Assembly: GCF_963921235.1 (NCBI RefSeq)
Contig: NC_086097.1
Coordinates: 136,960,001-137,024,000, forward strand
From: Mobula hypostoma
Lineage: Eukaryota
DNA length: 64,000 nt
Reading direction: 5' to 3'
In this document: positions 13,149 to 26,611 of the stretch, piece after piece
Numbering within the stretch: position 1 is the stretch's first letter
Layout of the letters: every line of letters starts with the position of its first letter
Made by a program: the position numbers and the translations under genes
Notes under the pieces: model-generated
Database searches by the model: none
What the model saw: the letters and a program-made list of their open reading frames with translations, nothing else
Told to the model about the DNA's origin: nothing

Positions 13149-13639
13149 AATGTTCAGGTAATTGATGATAGGATGCTGATAAATCTTTACATGGAAATCC
13201 AGCTTCCCCGCTCATCTTCAGTAAGTAGCAAAAAAACCTTTCCCATCCAGATGAGAGAGCAAACAGCACCTAAGTGTAACAGCTCAGCTGAAAGCCAACA
13301 CCCCTGGTCACGCAGTGCTCAGTCAGTTCTGCAATACCTTGGCCAGACTCCCGGCAGCTGAACCCACTGACTCAGAAAGGTAAGTGGGACCCTCTGCTGG
13401 TATCACCAAGATCCAGGGGCCCACCTCCATAAAGCAATGCAATCTGCCATCGAGGCTTTCAATATCCCTCACTCAGTTGAAAGATATGAAAATCAGAAAA
13501 ACCCTCTTTACACCAACTCTGTCGGTGATGTGTACAGCACAGGCAGTGTGACCACATCAGTTTCTCCACTAACAAAGCAGTGAAGAGAAAGTCAAAACTA
13601 CATTCAATGGTTCTTTGCCCTCACCTCAACAATAAGCAA

Positions 13640-14900
13640 ATGCTTTGAGAGGCTGGTCAAGGATTACATCTGCAGTTTGTTACCACGCAAACTGGACCCC
13701 TACAATTCGCCTGCTGACACAACCGATCGACAGACGACGCAATAGCCACTGCTCTACAAACCGTCCTTACACATCTGGAGAAGGAGGATGCTTATGTGAG
13801 AATGCTGTTCTTGGACTACAGTTCAGCATTCAACACCATAGTTCCATCCAGGCATGACAAGAAGCTCAGAGACGTCGGCCTTGACCCTACTTTGCGCAGC
13901 TGGATCCTGGACTTCCTGTCAGATCACCGGCAGGTGGTAAGAGTGGGCTCCCTCACCCCCAACCTTCTGACTCTCAATACAGGAGCCCCTCCTGGCTGTG
14001 TACTGAGTCCCCTCCTTTACTCCCTGTATACCCATGACTGTGTCACCACCCACAGCTCCAATCTGCTAATTAAATTTGCCAACAACTCTACACTGATTGG
14101 CCTCATCTCAAACAATAACGAGGTGGTCTACAGGGAAGAAGTTATCTGTCTGACACAGTGGTGTCAAGAAAACAACCTCTCCCTCAATGTCGCAAAAACA
14201 AAGGAGCTAGTCGTGGATTACAGGGGGAATGAAGACAGGCTAGCCCCTATTGACATCAATGGATCTGAGGTTAAGAGGGTAAACAGCTTTAAGTTCCTCG
14301 GCATCCACATCACCGAGGACCGCACTTGGTTTATACACACCAGCTGTGTAGTGAAAAAGGCACAACAGCGCCTCTTTCATGTCAGACAGTTGAGTAAGTT
14401 TGGAAGGGCCCCCAAGTCCTAAGAACTTTCTACAGGGGCACAATTGAGAGCATCCTGTCTGGCTACGTCACTGCCTGGTATGGGAATTGTACCTCCCTTA
14501 ATCGCAGGACTCTGCAGAGAGTGATGCGGACAGCCCAGTGCATCTGTAGTTGTGAACTTCCTTTGATTCAGGATATTTACAAAGACAGGTGTGTAAAAAG
14601 GGTCCATAGGATCTTTGGGGACCCGAGTCACCCCAGCCACAATCTATTCCAGCTGCTGCCATCTGGTAAACGGTACTGCAGCATAAAAGCCAGGACCAAC
14701 AGGCTCTGGGACAGCTTCTTCCACCAGGCCAACAGACTGATTAACTCACGCTGATTTGAGTGTATTCTATGTTACAATGACTGCTCTGTTTATTATAAAT
14801 TACTATGATTGCACATTGCACATTTAGACAGAGAAATACGTAAAGGTTTTTACTCGTCATGTATGTGAGGGATGTAGGAAATGAAGTCAATTCAATTCAA
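13640..14900 (+). mobile_element. Rex1/Babar-type LINE, 5'-truncated
   Basis: ORF 13796-14422 contains [40 protein letters not shown] and KFA. C-terminal HPSHNLFQLLPSGKRY and a (ttcaa)n tail follow. Confidence 0.9.
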
Positions 14901-16880
14901 TGTGTACTTGGGTCACTCCAGATACAACCACATCTAGCAGACAACAATGAACAGACGCAGCATTTTCTCTAACAACACAGGGAAGTTTATGGTCCACTAT
15001 CCATCAGCCTCTGTCACCTTACTAAAGCAATCATTGACAGTGGAAAGCAAAAACCTTTTCTAACAAGTTATCTTTGGAATTACCTTGTGAACTTTTAAAA
15101 TGTAGACGTAACGATTAACTGAGCATTAATGTAAAGCCAATTAATGACATTGACCAAGGAAGTCAGTCACACATATTCAAATAAATTATAAATAACATAT
15201 TCACAAAGGGGCAACTTAGTAGAGGGTATTTCAAAATGTGTTACAAGTAATGAAAGACCTTTAAAGTGTTACAAACATTGTATTAAAGGGAACAAGGAAA
15301 AAGAATCTGTCGTACACATAACAACGATAGTGATGAGATCATCTATGGTAGTTGCAAAGTAAATCAGTCACCAGTACAACATCCACCTGAGAATACAGTC
15401 CAGACTTCATTTTAATATCTTCTGAAAAATCATATCCCTCGTGGTGTAGCACTCTCTTGGTTGGGAGAGACCTTGTTAGACGAGAGTGCTACACCATGAG
15501 CCAAGACTTACAGTTTACAATGTATAAGATCAGTGGAAAGACCAAAAGTATTTGGGCTGGAATTGATGGTTACAGGTGATGTTGTAAAGAGCTGTTAAAG
15601 ACAAGGAGATGGGACACAGGGGAAATCATGATGACTTTACTGGTCCAGATTGCATTCCAATAAAACACAGAGCCATCTCTTCTTTATAGGAAAAAGGTCT
15701 GCTTGTATGTATGTGAAAATAATATCTCATTCAATTAAACTTAACATTAAACCATGTTTGAACATTATCTACAAAGAAGCCAGGCGTAAACAAAAGTTTG
15801 ATGATAGCAAATGTTAGATCTTCCTCAGATTTGTCAAGTCCCTCAAAATCAGACAGTATAGCACTGAATAAAATCTTTACTGCATCTGTAAAGAATATCA
15901 TCTCCATATGAAACTCCAGCAAATTGAAAAACTGGGCAACACATTCCCAGACAGGAAACATGCGAGTGTGTCAGACAATGACATCACTGTTTGTGTCGTG
16001 CTCAGTGATGTCACTCTCCATGCACCACACAATGACATTATTCATTGGCCCTCCCAATCACATCACTATCCATGCACCTCCAGTTCCTTTCCATCACAAC
16101 ATGAACTGGAGCTGAGATAGTTGTACATTAAGGTGTCCCATATGCAACACCACCAGCAGCTCTCATTAGCCAGATTCAACTGACCTGGTTTCTCATTGTA
16201 CAGTGCTGTATAAATGCCTAGCACAGAGTTTGTCATTACAATTGAAAAGTCTTGCAATAGGCCTACTAGTCCACAGGGAAACCTAATCAACATCACTCCA
16301 TGAGCCCTGAACTTGACATTCCCAGTCCTTATGCAACTTTTACAGACTGTTAGGATGACCAACAATGCCATTTTAATGCCAAAATAGGAAGAATGGAACA
16401 ATTCCTAGGTCCCCGTTTGTCCTCTCTGTTCAGTGAATGGTGGCCAGACACTATTCTGAAAAGCTCTCCAATAGTAATCCCTCGAATAATAATATTAAAA
16501 CAAATCCCTGGTCACCACTGGATCATGGGAGATGGCCATGCTGTACATCAGCCAGTACAACTATGGCTTCAGAAGTGCCCATTTAGCAGTAAGTTGCTTT
16601 AGCTACAGAAGTACAAATCTCTTTCCTTCCTTCTTGACTAAAATTCCCATAGTTGCATGAAGTGAAGTAGAATTTCCCTTTGTTAGTTCAAATCTCTCAG
16701 TCCTTGGGAAATCCAGCTGCTGGCTGATTCAATTATAATATTGTTAGTACATATTTTACAAGCAACACTACCCCAATATGACCTCACCCCTCGACATTCT
16801 CCCAACCCCACATCAACACCTCTCCCCAGACTGATGATAAAATGACATGCACTTTCCAGGCGATGAACTGCATCACTTAC

Positions 16881-17039
16881 TGATGCAGAATTGTCCCTCG
16901 GGCTCCTGGAGCGCACCATCCGTCCCAGGACTTCCACCCCATTGGTGCTGATGTTTCCTGCTGCGTTGATCGCTTTCTCCCCTACTTGCTTGCAGTCAAC
17001 CACCAGCTTTGCTTGGGTTTTGGTGATCACCACGTGCAC
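16881..17039 (-). CDS. col14a1: col14a1 exon, TSPN ([53 protein letters not shown])
   Basis: Acceptor ctaacag, donor gtaagt, 159 nt, phase 0/0. Confidence 0.95.
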
Positions 17040-17479
17040 CTGTTAGCAAAGAATGCAGAGCGTCATCACAAAGACTCGTAGGTTATTTGAGAAAGGAGCC
17101 TCAGCTTTCCCATCCTTTCCCAATGGCCCATTCTGTCTTCTCTACACTTTCTATAACTGGGGTGCAAAGTACAAATGTGAGCATATAAAATACAAACAGG
17201 AACCGATCATTTGATCTCTCATACTTGCATCACCATTTAATGTTATAGACTATTCTGATTCTTTTCCTTTCCCCAATTCCCCTGGTATCTGGAAGATCAG
17301 TCAATCCCAGTCCAAGAATATACTCTGAGAAGAGAATTCCAAAGATTCACAACCTTCCTAAATGACCTGTCCCATATCCCGATTTTGTGCTTCAAGTTCT
17401 AGACTCTCCAGCTTTGGGAAACAACCTCGCAATACCCAACCTCTCAAGATTCTAGGAGGAAAAGGATACAGTAGGATAG

Positions 17480-18290
17480 AGATCAGTTTCAACTTAGGTG
17501 TAGAAATGGCAGATGATGTTTAACCCAGGCAAATGTGAGATGTTGCACCTTGTGAAATCAAATAGTCAGCAAAGTGTGCAGTAAATGGCAGGACCCTTAG
17601 GCATATTGATGTACAGAGGAATATTCAGGTTCCAGTCAGAAGTGGTGGTAAGAGGCATATGGCATGTTTGCCTTCATTGGTCAGGGCATTGAATGCAACA
17701 GGCGCATTGCAGTTATATAAAACTTTGCTTAACCTGCATTTGAAGAATTGTGTCTAATCTAGTTGGCTCATTAGAGGCCAGGGTTCCCATCCTAGGGTCC
17801 AGAGACCCTGTTAAAGGTCAAGGTTCATGACATAAAAAAGGTTGGGAACCCCTGATGTAGAGGCCTTGGAGAGGGACACAGAGAGGTTTATCAGCATGAT
17901 GCTTAGATTAGAGAGTATGAGCTATGAGGAGAGGTTGGACAAACTTGGATTATTTTCTCTGGAGCACCAGAAACTGAGTGGAGGCCTGGTGGAAGTTTAT
18001 AAAATTATTACAAGGTAGAGATAGGATAGGAAGTCTTTCTCCCCCAGAGAAGAAATGCTAAACACAAAAGGCGTAGATTTAAGATGAGAGGGAGAAAGTT
18101 GAAAGGAGATGTGTAGAACAAGTTTACAGTATTTTATACAGAGAGTAGTAGCTGTCTGGAACGTCCTGCCAGAGATGGTGGTGGAACCAAACACAATACC
18201 TGAGCTCAAGAGGCATTTAGATAGGCAACTGAGTTTAACTTGGCATCATGATTGGCACAGACTTTGAGGACCAAAGGGTCTGTTCCTTAA
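17480..18290 (+). mobile_element. Decayed CR1 LINE 3' fragment containing a small hAT-type MITE (about 17779-17854)
   Basis: CR1 RT C-terminal remnants. The MITE has termini cagggttccca and ggttgggaacccctg. Confidence 0.75.
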
Positions 18291-18999
18291 CCAATACATA
18301 ACCAGTACCGTTATGTTCTTTCACAATGCAGTGAGATCACCACTTCCATGCTCCAGATCCACACCAATCATTCTCTCTTCTAGGAATTCCCTTCCAGTGG
18401 GAATCGGTCCCTACTGCCTCCAAGGCAAATACATCCTCCTTTATATAGAAAAACAAATTGTGCACGGATACAAGCCATTCAGCCCACTGAATCTATACTG
18501 ACCATCAGCAATTCATTTACACTGATCACATCTAAACTAATCTTACTGTATTCTCCCCACATTCCCATCAGCTCCCCCTAGATTCCACCACTCACTTACA
18601 CCACAGGCATCAGACAGCAGTCAGTACTGCACGACCCTGGGATAGGGGAGGAAACTGAAGCACCCGAAGGAACCCCATGCATTTACAAGGAGAGCGTGCA
18701 AACTCCACGCAGGCTGCACCCAACGGCCGAGGACGAGACGGCACCTGCATCCGTCGGGACACTGTGCTATTCAGTCTGATCTGGAGACAATAGAAGTGCA
18801 AAGATGTCTTCCTTCTGCTCCAGCTCCCTCTGAAATAAAGGCTAGTGTATCTTTCTCCTTTTGAATTGCTTGTTGCTCCTTTAATTGCCACACCCCAAGA
18901 ATGTACACGAACACGTTCCATAATATTCAAGCAGAAGAAGTTGAGTAAACTTACACCTAATGCAACAATGGAAGTCTGTTAGCTAGCGGTAGAACTGAC

Positions 19000-19109
19000 C
19001 TTATGAAAACTGCCATAGAAAATCTTCTTAACCTCTGGATCATCGAAGGTGACAGTTTGGAACTCATCCTTGTAATCGTAGTTAAAATAAGTGAGAGCTT
19101 TCCTGCCAT
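19000..19109 (-). CDS. col14a1: col14a1 exon, TSPN ([37 protein letters not shown])
   Basis: Acceptor cgtttag, donor gtcagt, 110 nt, phase 1/0. Confidence 0.95.
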
Positions 19110-19699
19110 CTAAACGTAGCAAGTAAGAGATTAAAATTGAGGAAACACTTGTTTTTTCCTCCCATGTAACAATTAGCAGGCAACTTACATGGTCAAAATA
19201 AACTTATAGACAATTTTACAACTTAAAGCACTGGATCCCTTTTCAATTTTACAATTTAGTCAGAGCTAGTGACACATCTAGAGATCTTCTGTAAAGAACT
19301 AAAAGAGGATTGGTGAGGCTGATAAAGCGTTACTGGGTCCACGTGACAGATACCAGTGTTGGTTCAATGACAGCACAGCTTATACCCCGCTGTCAGCAGA
19401 TTCAGGGACGACCCCTCATACGCTAAAGATGAACTCTTGATCTCTCAATCTACCTCGCCGTGGCCCTTGCATTTAATTTGTCTACCTGTAATGTACTTTC
19501 TATGTCGCTGTATTACATATATGTTATATTACACACAGAATGCTGCGGGAACCCAGCAGGCCAAGCAACATCTATGGAAATAAACAAACAGTTGGCACAT
19601 CGGGCTGAGACCCTTCTTCAGAACTGCTTTTCTTTTTACTACCTAGATGCATTTATGTACGTTTTGGATGTCACACAAAACAAAAAGCTTTTTCCATAG

Positions 19700-20140
19700 C
19701 TTAGTACATTGGCCCACGATGTTGTGCTTGTTGACCTACATAAACCTACTCCACCATCAATCTGATCCTTCCCTCCTACACAACCCTCCACCTTTCTGGC
19801 ATCCATGTCCACTCTATCTTTGCCTCTCATAGTCTTATACTCTTCTATCAAGTTGCCTCTCCTTCTTCATCGCTCCAGGGAGAAAAGCCCCATCTTATGC
19901 AACCTTTCCTCATATGACATGTTCTCTAATCCAGGCAGCATCCTGGTACATCTCCTCTGCACCTTCTCTTATGCTTTCCTATCTTGTCTATAGTGAGGAG
20001 ACCAGAACTGAACACAATACTCCAAATGTGGTCTGACCAGAGTTGTAACGAGCTGCAACATTACCTTATGGTTCTTGAACTCAATCCCCCAACTACTGAA
20101 GGCCAGCACACTAAATGTCTTCTTAACCACCCTATGAACT
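19700..20140 (-). mobile_element. CR1 LINE 3' fragment
   Basis: Translates to VMLQLVTTLVRPHLEYCVQFWSPHY. Confidence 0.85.
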
Positions 20141-20299
20141 TGTACACGTGATGCAAAAAAAACCAAATATGAGTACCGGTATCGACGAGATCGCTCTCAA
20201 TACAGTACAAGAGGACAGCCATACTATCAGAAATGCGCTCTTTAATGTGAGATGTTAAACCAAGAACTTTGTTTGTCTGGTGATAAGGTTGCACTTAGG

Positions 20300-21451
20300 A
20301 ATGCATAGGACAATAGTAATACTACGTCAGGCTATCGTTCATTGGCTACAGCTCAGCATTCAACACAATCATACACTCAGTTCTAATCAAAAAGTTCCAA
20401 AACCTGGGCATCAGTACCTCCCTCTGTAACTGGATCCTTGACTTCCTCACCAGGAGACCACAAGTCTGTGCAGATCAGAAATAACATCTCCTCCTCACTG
20501 ACAATCAACATTGGTGCACCTCAGGGATGTGTGCTTAGCCCATTGCTCTACTCTCTCTACACTCACGACTGTGTGGCTAGGCACAGCTCAAATGCCATCT
20601 ATAGGTTTACCAACAACACAACTATTGTTGGCAGAATTTCAGATAGTGACAAAGAGCATATAGGAGTGAGCTGGTTGAGTGGTGTGGCAGCAACAACCTT
20701 GCAGTGAACATCAGTAAGAACAAGGAACTGACTGTGGATTTCAGGGGTGGTAAGTCAAGGAAACTCACACCAGTCCTCAAAAAGGGATCAGAAGTAGAAA
20801 GGGTCAGAAGTTTCAAGCTCCTGGTGTCAACACCCCTAAGGGTCTATCTGGGGCCAAACATACTGATGTAATTACAAAGAAGACACAACAGTGGCTATAT
20901 TTCATTAGGAGCTTGAGGAGAATTGGTATGTCACCCAAGACACTCGCAAATTTCTACAGGTGTACCATGGAGAGCATTCTAACTGGTTTCATCACTGTCT
21001 GGTTTGGAGGGGCCACTGCACAGAATTGGAAAAAGCTGCAGAAAGTTCTAAACTCAGCCAGCTCCATCATGGGCACTGGCCACCCCAGCATCCAGGACAC
21101 CTTCCAAAGGAGATGCCTCAGAAAGGTGGCACCCCCTCAGCCAGGACATGCTTCTTCCCATTGCTGTCATCAAGGAGGAGGTAAAAGGAACCTGAGGACA
21201 CAGCTCAGTGTTTCAGGAACAGCTTCTGCCCGTTCGCCATCAGATTTCTGAATGGACAATAAATCCATGAGCATTAGCTCAGTATTTACCCTTCCCCCTC
21301 TCTTTTTGCTCTACTTCTTTAATTTATTCTGATACATGTAGTTCTTATTGTAATTTATAGTTTTTATGATTATGTTTTGCATTGCAATGCTGCTGCATTG
21401 CAACAAATTTCATAACATATGCTGGTGATATTAAACCTGATCCTGATTCTG
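20300..21451 (+). mobile_element. Rex1/Babar-type LINE fragment
   Basis: Contains GAPQGCVLSPLLYSLYTHDC and NFYRCTMESILTG, with an (attctg)-like tail. Confidence 0.88.
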
Positions 21452-21809
21452 TATTTAAAAAAATAAGTTTGAATATAGGAATAAGACGAGGCACTTTCGT
21501 CTCCAGAGCCCCATCCACTAAACAAGATTAAATGCGTTGACACCAAAGATCTATTAAAGAAAAGCAACAATTCCTCCTTTTTGTATTCCTGCCCCCCCTT
21601 GAGGCCCATTTATATTTTTAATGCTATTATTTCCACCAGTTCTGCTGAGTGCTCAGGGAGACAGCCGGCTGAGAGGAAGCTGGGTGTGATTATTTGCCTG
21701 AAGCTCAGGAAGAGTAAGTTACATCTGTCTGCGGGCCACATGCTGCTTCATGCAGTCGGAAGGGACCGGATCCACTCTCACACAGCCCCTGCTTGAAGGG
21801 CTAACGCAT

Positions 21810-22980
21810 GACTCAACACGCAGTGGCTCAGTGGGCAGCACTTGCCCCTCTGAGTCATAAGGTTGTGAGTTCGTCCTATCCCAGGTACTTGAGCACCCAG
21901 TCTGGAGAGGGAGAGCCACGCTCTCAGACATGTGATCCTTTGGACGGGCCTTTAAATCAAGACTTGTCTCTGTATTTTGAAAGCTTTCCCCTGAAGATCT
22001 TGGCAAAATTCATCCCTCAGCCAACATTAACAATGTCAATCTTTCAGGTCATTTTCTACTGCCATTTGTGGGATCTTGCTGTGTACCACTTAAACCACCA
22101 TGTTTCTTATAGCAGGGGTCCCCAACCTTTTTGGCACCGCGGACCAGTTTAATATTGACAATATTCTTGCGGACCGGCCAACCGGGGGCGGGGGGGGTAT
22201 TCAAATAGGGTTAAACTCACCTCAACATGTCTTTTACGGTTAGGTTTGCCAACTTTCTCACTCCCAAATAAGGGACAAAAGTAGCAGTCAAATCCCGGGA
22301 CACTTTACCCCAGGAAAGACTACCATGACCATGAAGCCTTGCACGGGTACCTGTGTGCGCATGCGTGACCTGCACATGTGATGTGCGCATGCACGTATGT
22401 GCTGATTTTTTCCGCCCACAAATCGGTTTTGCCTTCATCTTCCCGACTATACTGTACATACATTATTTCTACTTTATATAGGCTGTGTATTTATCATATC
22501 ATTCCTGCTTTTGCTATATGTTAGTGTTATTTATTTTCGGTTTTATGTGTTATTTGGTATGATTCGGTAGGTTATTCTTTGGGTCTGGGAACGCTCAAAA
22601 ATTTTTTCCCACATAAATTAATGTAATTGCTTCTTCGCTTCACGCCATTTCGGCACGAAAGGTTTCATAGGAACGCTCTACCTTAGCGGGGGAAATATGG
22701 GACAAACCAATTTAGCCCAATATACAGGATGTCCCGGCAAATATGAGACAGTTAGCAACCCTATATTCAAGTTCAACAGTGCGTGACAGGGAATGAGGAA
22801 AGGTGCAGCTGACTGATATTGTTTCCTTACGGCCCGGTAGCACATGCTTTGCGGCCTGGTACCGGTCCGCGACCCGGTGGTTGGGGACCGCTGACTTATA
22901 GGATCAGGTTACACTTAAGAATCTTCGGTGGCTGTAAGATGTTTTGGTATGGGAAAAATTGTACATAAGTGTGATTTCTT
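21810..22980 (+). mobile_element. Old tRNA-headed SINE (DeuSINE/SacSINE1-like) interrupted by a hAT MITE
   Basis: tRNA-like head gtggctcagtgggcagcac...tgagtcataaggttgtgagttcg and body motif tttgtgggatcttgctgtg. The sequence resumes after 22901. Confidence 0.55.
22113..22893. mobile_element. hAT (Charlie-like) MITE with nested insertions
   Basis: TIRs CAGGGGTCCCCAACC and GGTTGGGGACCGCTG. 8-bp TSD tcttatag / acttatag. Confidence 0.88.
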
Positions 22981-23106
22981 CTATCAAACAGCTTTGGTTC
23001 ATATCCAGCTCTTGCTTGGGGTCGAGTCTGAGGAGGAAGGATGGGGACCAGCTGAAACCACACCCTGTGCTGAACAATCAAACAGAGGAAGATTGGAGGC
23101 TCTTAC

Positions 23107-23249
23107 CATCCAAGATGACTCCAACCAGGGGCTCACGCTGCTTGTTCAAGATCTCCCAGAGGGCAAAGGGCTCCTGGGGAGTGTCGGGCAGCAGGCGAAA
23201 CAGAAAGGTGATGGTGTAATCCGACGGCAGCCCCTCTGGGTGGATGTTC
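23107..23249 (-). CDS. col14a1: col14a1 exon, TSPN ([48 protein letters not shown])
   Basis: Acceptor ttcccag, donor gtaaga, 143 nt, phase 2/1. Confidence 0.95.
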
Positions 23250-24596
23250 CTGGGAAAGATGGACTGCAGTTAAAGCTCAGTGATCCAGGTTAATGAAATC
23301 CATAGGCAGCCAACACATTCAATGCACAGCACACAGACGGGCTGTCTCACCCACACCTGCCTCCACCTCCCCCCCACCCCCGAAACATGTCCTTCTGTTC
23401 CTTTCTCCTACGTGTGTTCAACCTGTAGTCCGTACACACATCAGTGTTCATCCCAGTCACTCTCCACTGGAATGGGGACACTGATGGAAATGTTTCTCCT
23501 AAATTCCCTACCTCACTTGTTAATGACCATCAATCCTGTAAGCAGAAATAACTTTCACTTATCTGTCCCACTCAACCCTCTCCAAAGACCTCTATTAAAC
23601 ACAGCAAACACACTGCTGGATAATCTCAGCAGGTCAGGCAGCATCTGTGGAGGGAAATGGGCAGTCAAGAGGTCAGATCGAGACCCTTCATCTGGACTGC
23701 ATCTACAGTCTGTTATGTCCCATCTCTACTAAATGATCTGGCAGTGTTTTGTTTTTTTTTTATTTCTAGAGTATCCCAGCCTGATCACCTTCTGATGCTT
23801 GTAAAACAAGCTGCACACGGCAATACACGTGCCATTACAGTGGACTCTCTGATCCATGAGCTGCTCCAAGGGACACACACCAAGGCAGAGGTCATCAACT
23901 CGGGTAAAGGACCCCCTTCGACCTTTCAGCAGAGTTAGCTGTCCGTTAGGGACTGCTGCTGGCCGGCTGCAGGAGTAGGTACTGAAGTTTGGTGCAGCCA
24001 GTATAAAGGCTCTGTGGGGAAGGACCACAGTCTAGGCCCCTGACTGCACATGGAAGGGTTGAGCCTTGGTGCAGAAGCCTCTTCAACATTGAACTGGTGT
24101 ATCGTTCCACCGGGCCATATTAAATCGCAATGGTGTTATGGTTTCTAAAACGAAGTCAACAGTACTGAATGTGAAGACTATGAATGCAAAAGTTTTGTAC
24201 TGTTTTCTTCTTCTGTATATTTTTTTTATTATGAATAAAGTTTATTTTTGAAATAGGGAAAAGGCAGAAGGTGCAGACAGTCCTGCAGCAGCTGGCAAAC
24301 CCAATCCGCCAGTATCCCAAACATACTTTCCTATGTGCAGACTGTACATAAGTCAGACATTCATAACCCATGAGGACTTGCATTAAAACTAATTACCTTG
24401 CCATCCTTGCAGTATATAAGGAATGTGGGATCTTGCTGTGTGCATACTGGCTGCTTTTGTTGCTACAATTAACACCCCGAACATGCTGCAAGGTGTTACA
24501 AAGATACTAAGCAGAGAAGACATTCTATAGCCTTCTGATCAATTGACATGCTGATTACACAGAGAAATATTCGTAATCTTCGGTTTTGACACCTAC

Positions 24597-24735
24597 CTTG
24601 TAGGTTGTGAAACAAGGGCGTTTCTGTGAAGCCTGAAACAGGGGAAGCTGTTGAATGAGCCAGACTCCAATGACACACCTTCTACAGAAGCATATTCCTT
24701 CTCAACCAACCCAAACATTTCCATCATTCTAAATC
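24597..24735 (-). CDS. col14a1: col14a1 exon, TSPN ([46 protein letters not shown])
   Basis: Acceptor cttgcag, donor gtaggt, 139 nt, phase 1/2. Confidence 0.95.
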
Positions 24736-25134
24736 CTGCAAGGAAAATTTACAGTGTTTTCACATTATGATATGAAATTGGGAAAATACTCCAAACAGTT
24801 CAACTAGTAACTTTGGCACAACATTTCTGTTTTGAATGTTAATAAACTTTCTTATTAAAGAATGTATGTGTTCCCAACCTGGGGTCTTCGATAACGGAGA
24901 GTTGAATTGTTACTTGCACCTCCTTCTCTAGTAGTTCATGAGAATGCCCCAGTTGTTCTCTCCTCTCCACTGTTCTCCTCAGAAACAGTGGTAATTGTGG
25001 CTATGAGTTCCACATCTCTCAATGACAGCACCAATATAAGGGAAGTGCAGTCAAGGGGTTTAGATAAATGGGTATTACAAGCTCACAACACAAAGAGGTC
25101 TTGCAACCAAGTTACTTCTGTTGCTTCTTTGAAA

Positions 25135-25770
25135 AAGTTCAAAGGAAATTTATTATCAAAGTACGTAACTGTCACCATAATCTACTGAGATTCATTTTCT
25201 TATAGGCATTAACAGTAGATACAAAGGAGCACAATAGAATCAATGTAAAGATGGACAAACAACCAATGTGTAAAAGACAACAAATTTTGCACATACAAAA
25301 AAGAAAAACAAACAAACAAATAAATAATATTGAGGACCTGAGTTGCAGTGTCCTTGAAAGTCAGTCCATATTGTGTGGAATCAGTTCAATGTTGGGGCCA
25401 GTGAATTTATCCCCTCTGGTTCAAGAGCCTGATGGTTGAGGGGTAATAACTATTCCTGAACCTGGTGGTGTGGGACCCAAGGCTTTTGTACCTCCTTCCT
25501 GATGGCAACAGTGAGAAGAGACCATGGCCTAGATGGTGAGGGTCCTAGATGATGGATGCTGCTTTCCAGAAACAGCACTCTTTACAGATCTGCTCAATGG
25601 TATGGAGGGCTTTACCTGTGATGGACAGCTGCATCCATTACTTTTTTAGACTTTTCCGGTAAGGGCATTGGTGTTTCCGCGATGCAACAGTCAGGACACT
25701 CTCCATTGTGCATCTATAGAAGTTTGTCAAAGTTTTAGATAACATGTCAAATTCTCACAAACTTCTAAGT
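25135..25770 (-). mobile_element. Rex1/Babar-type LINE 3' fragment
   Basis: RT C-terminal remnant (ttgtacctccttcctgatggc) and a 3' UTR shared with copies at about 3730-4040 and 45280-45540. Confidence 0.7.
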
Positions 25771-26254
25771 ACCACACAGACTCAACTTCACTGGAGCTTT
25801 GCAAATGTTTCCTCTACCCAATTCTCTTTCTTCAACATCACCTCTGACTCCACTGCCGATCCACTAGGACCTAACTGGCCACATAATTAGCACTTCTCAA
25901 CCAATTCCATTGCCAAGAGGAGTGTGTCACAAACCTCTTCTGATGAGCCTTTCACACTGAAAACAAATGCTGAATATCTACTCACACCCTACATCATATG
26001 TCCATTTATTCCGTGCAAGGGGGACTCTCACTCTGCACATCTAATGACAGCTGAAGCAATCTGTCAAAACCACAGAGGATCAATAGATTAACAAGCTGCT
26101 ATTCGTTCTTTCCACATTATAACAACCAACTACATTTTGAAATAATTCATATCTTCCCCTCTTGTTCTACTATTTGTGTCTTCTATTAGACCTCTTGCTA
26201 ATTGAAATAGTTTCCCTTTATTCCAGCAAAATTAAACCTTTCCTTTGCTTAGCA

Positions 26255-26450
26255 ACATATACAAAATGCTGAAGGAACCCAGCAGGCCAGGCAGCATCTA
26301 TGGAAAAAAGTGCAGTCGACGTTTTGGGCCAAGACACTCGGCAGGACACTGAAACGTCGACTGTATGTTTTTCCATAGATGCTGCCTGGCCTGCTGGGTT
26401 CCTCCAGCATTTTGTGTGCGCTGCTTGGATTTCCAGTGCAGAGTTTCTCT
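26255..26450. repeat. PLE-derived fold-back palindrome
   Basis: caaaatgctgaaggaacccagcaggccaggcagcatctatggaaa is inverted against tttccatagatgctgcctggcctgctgggttcctccagcattttg. Confidence 0.85.
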
Positions 26451-26611
26451 CCTTTGTGATTGCTTTCCTTAACTTGCTGAGTTTATGCAGAATCGTCCCA
26501 ATTTCTCCAATCTCTTAAGCAAAAACGTTTTTTGAAATGTATTTGTCTTTTTAAGGGAGGAAAAAGAAGCAAGAGAACCCCTTTTTTTTTCTCATTACAT
26601 CCTAACCATGC

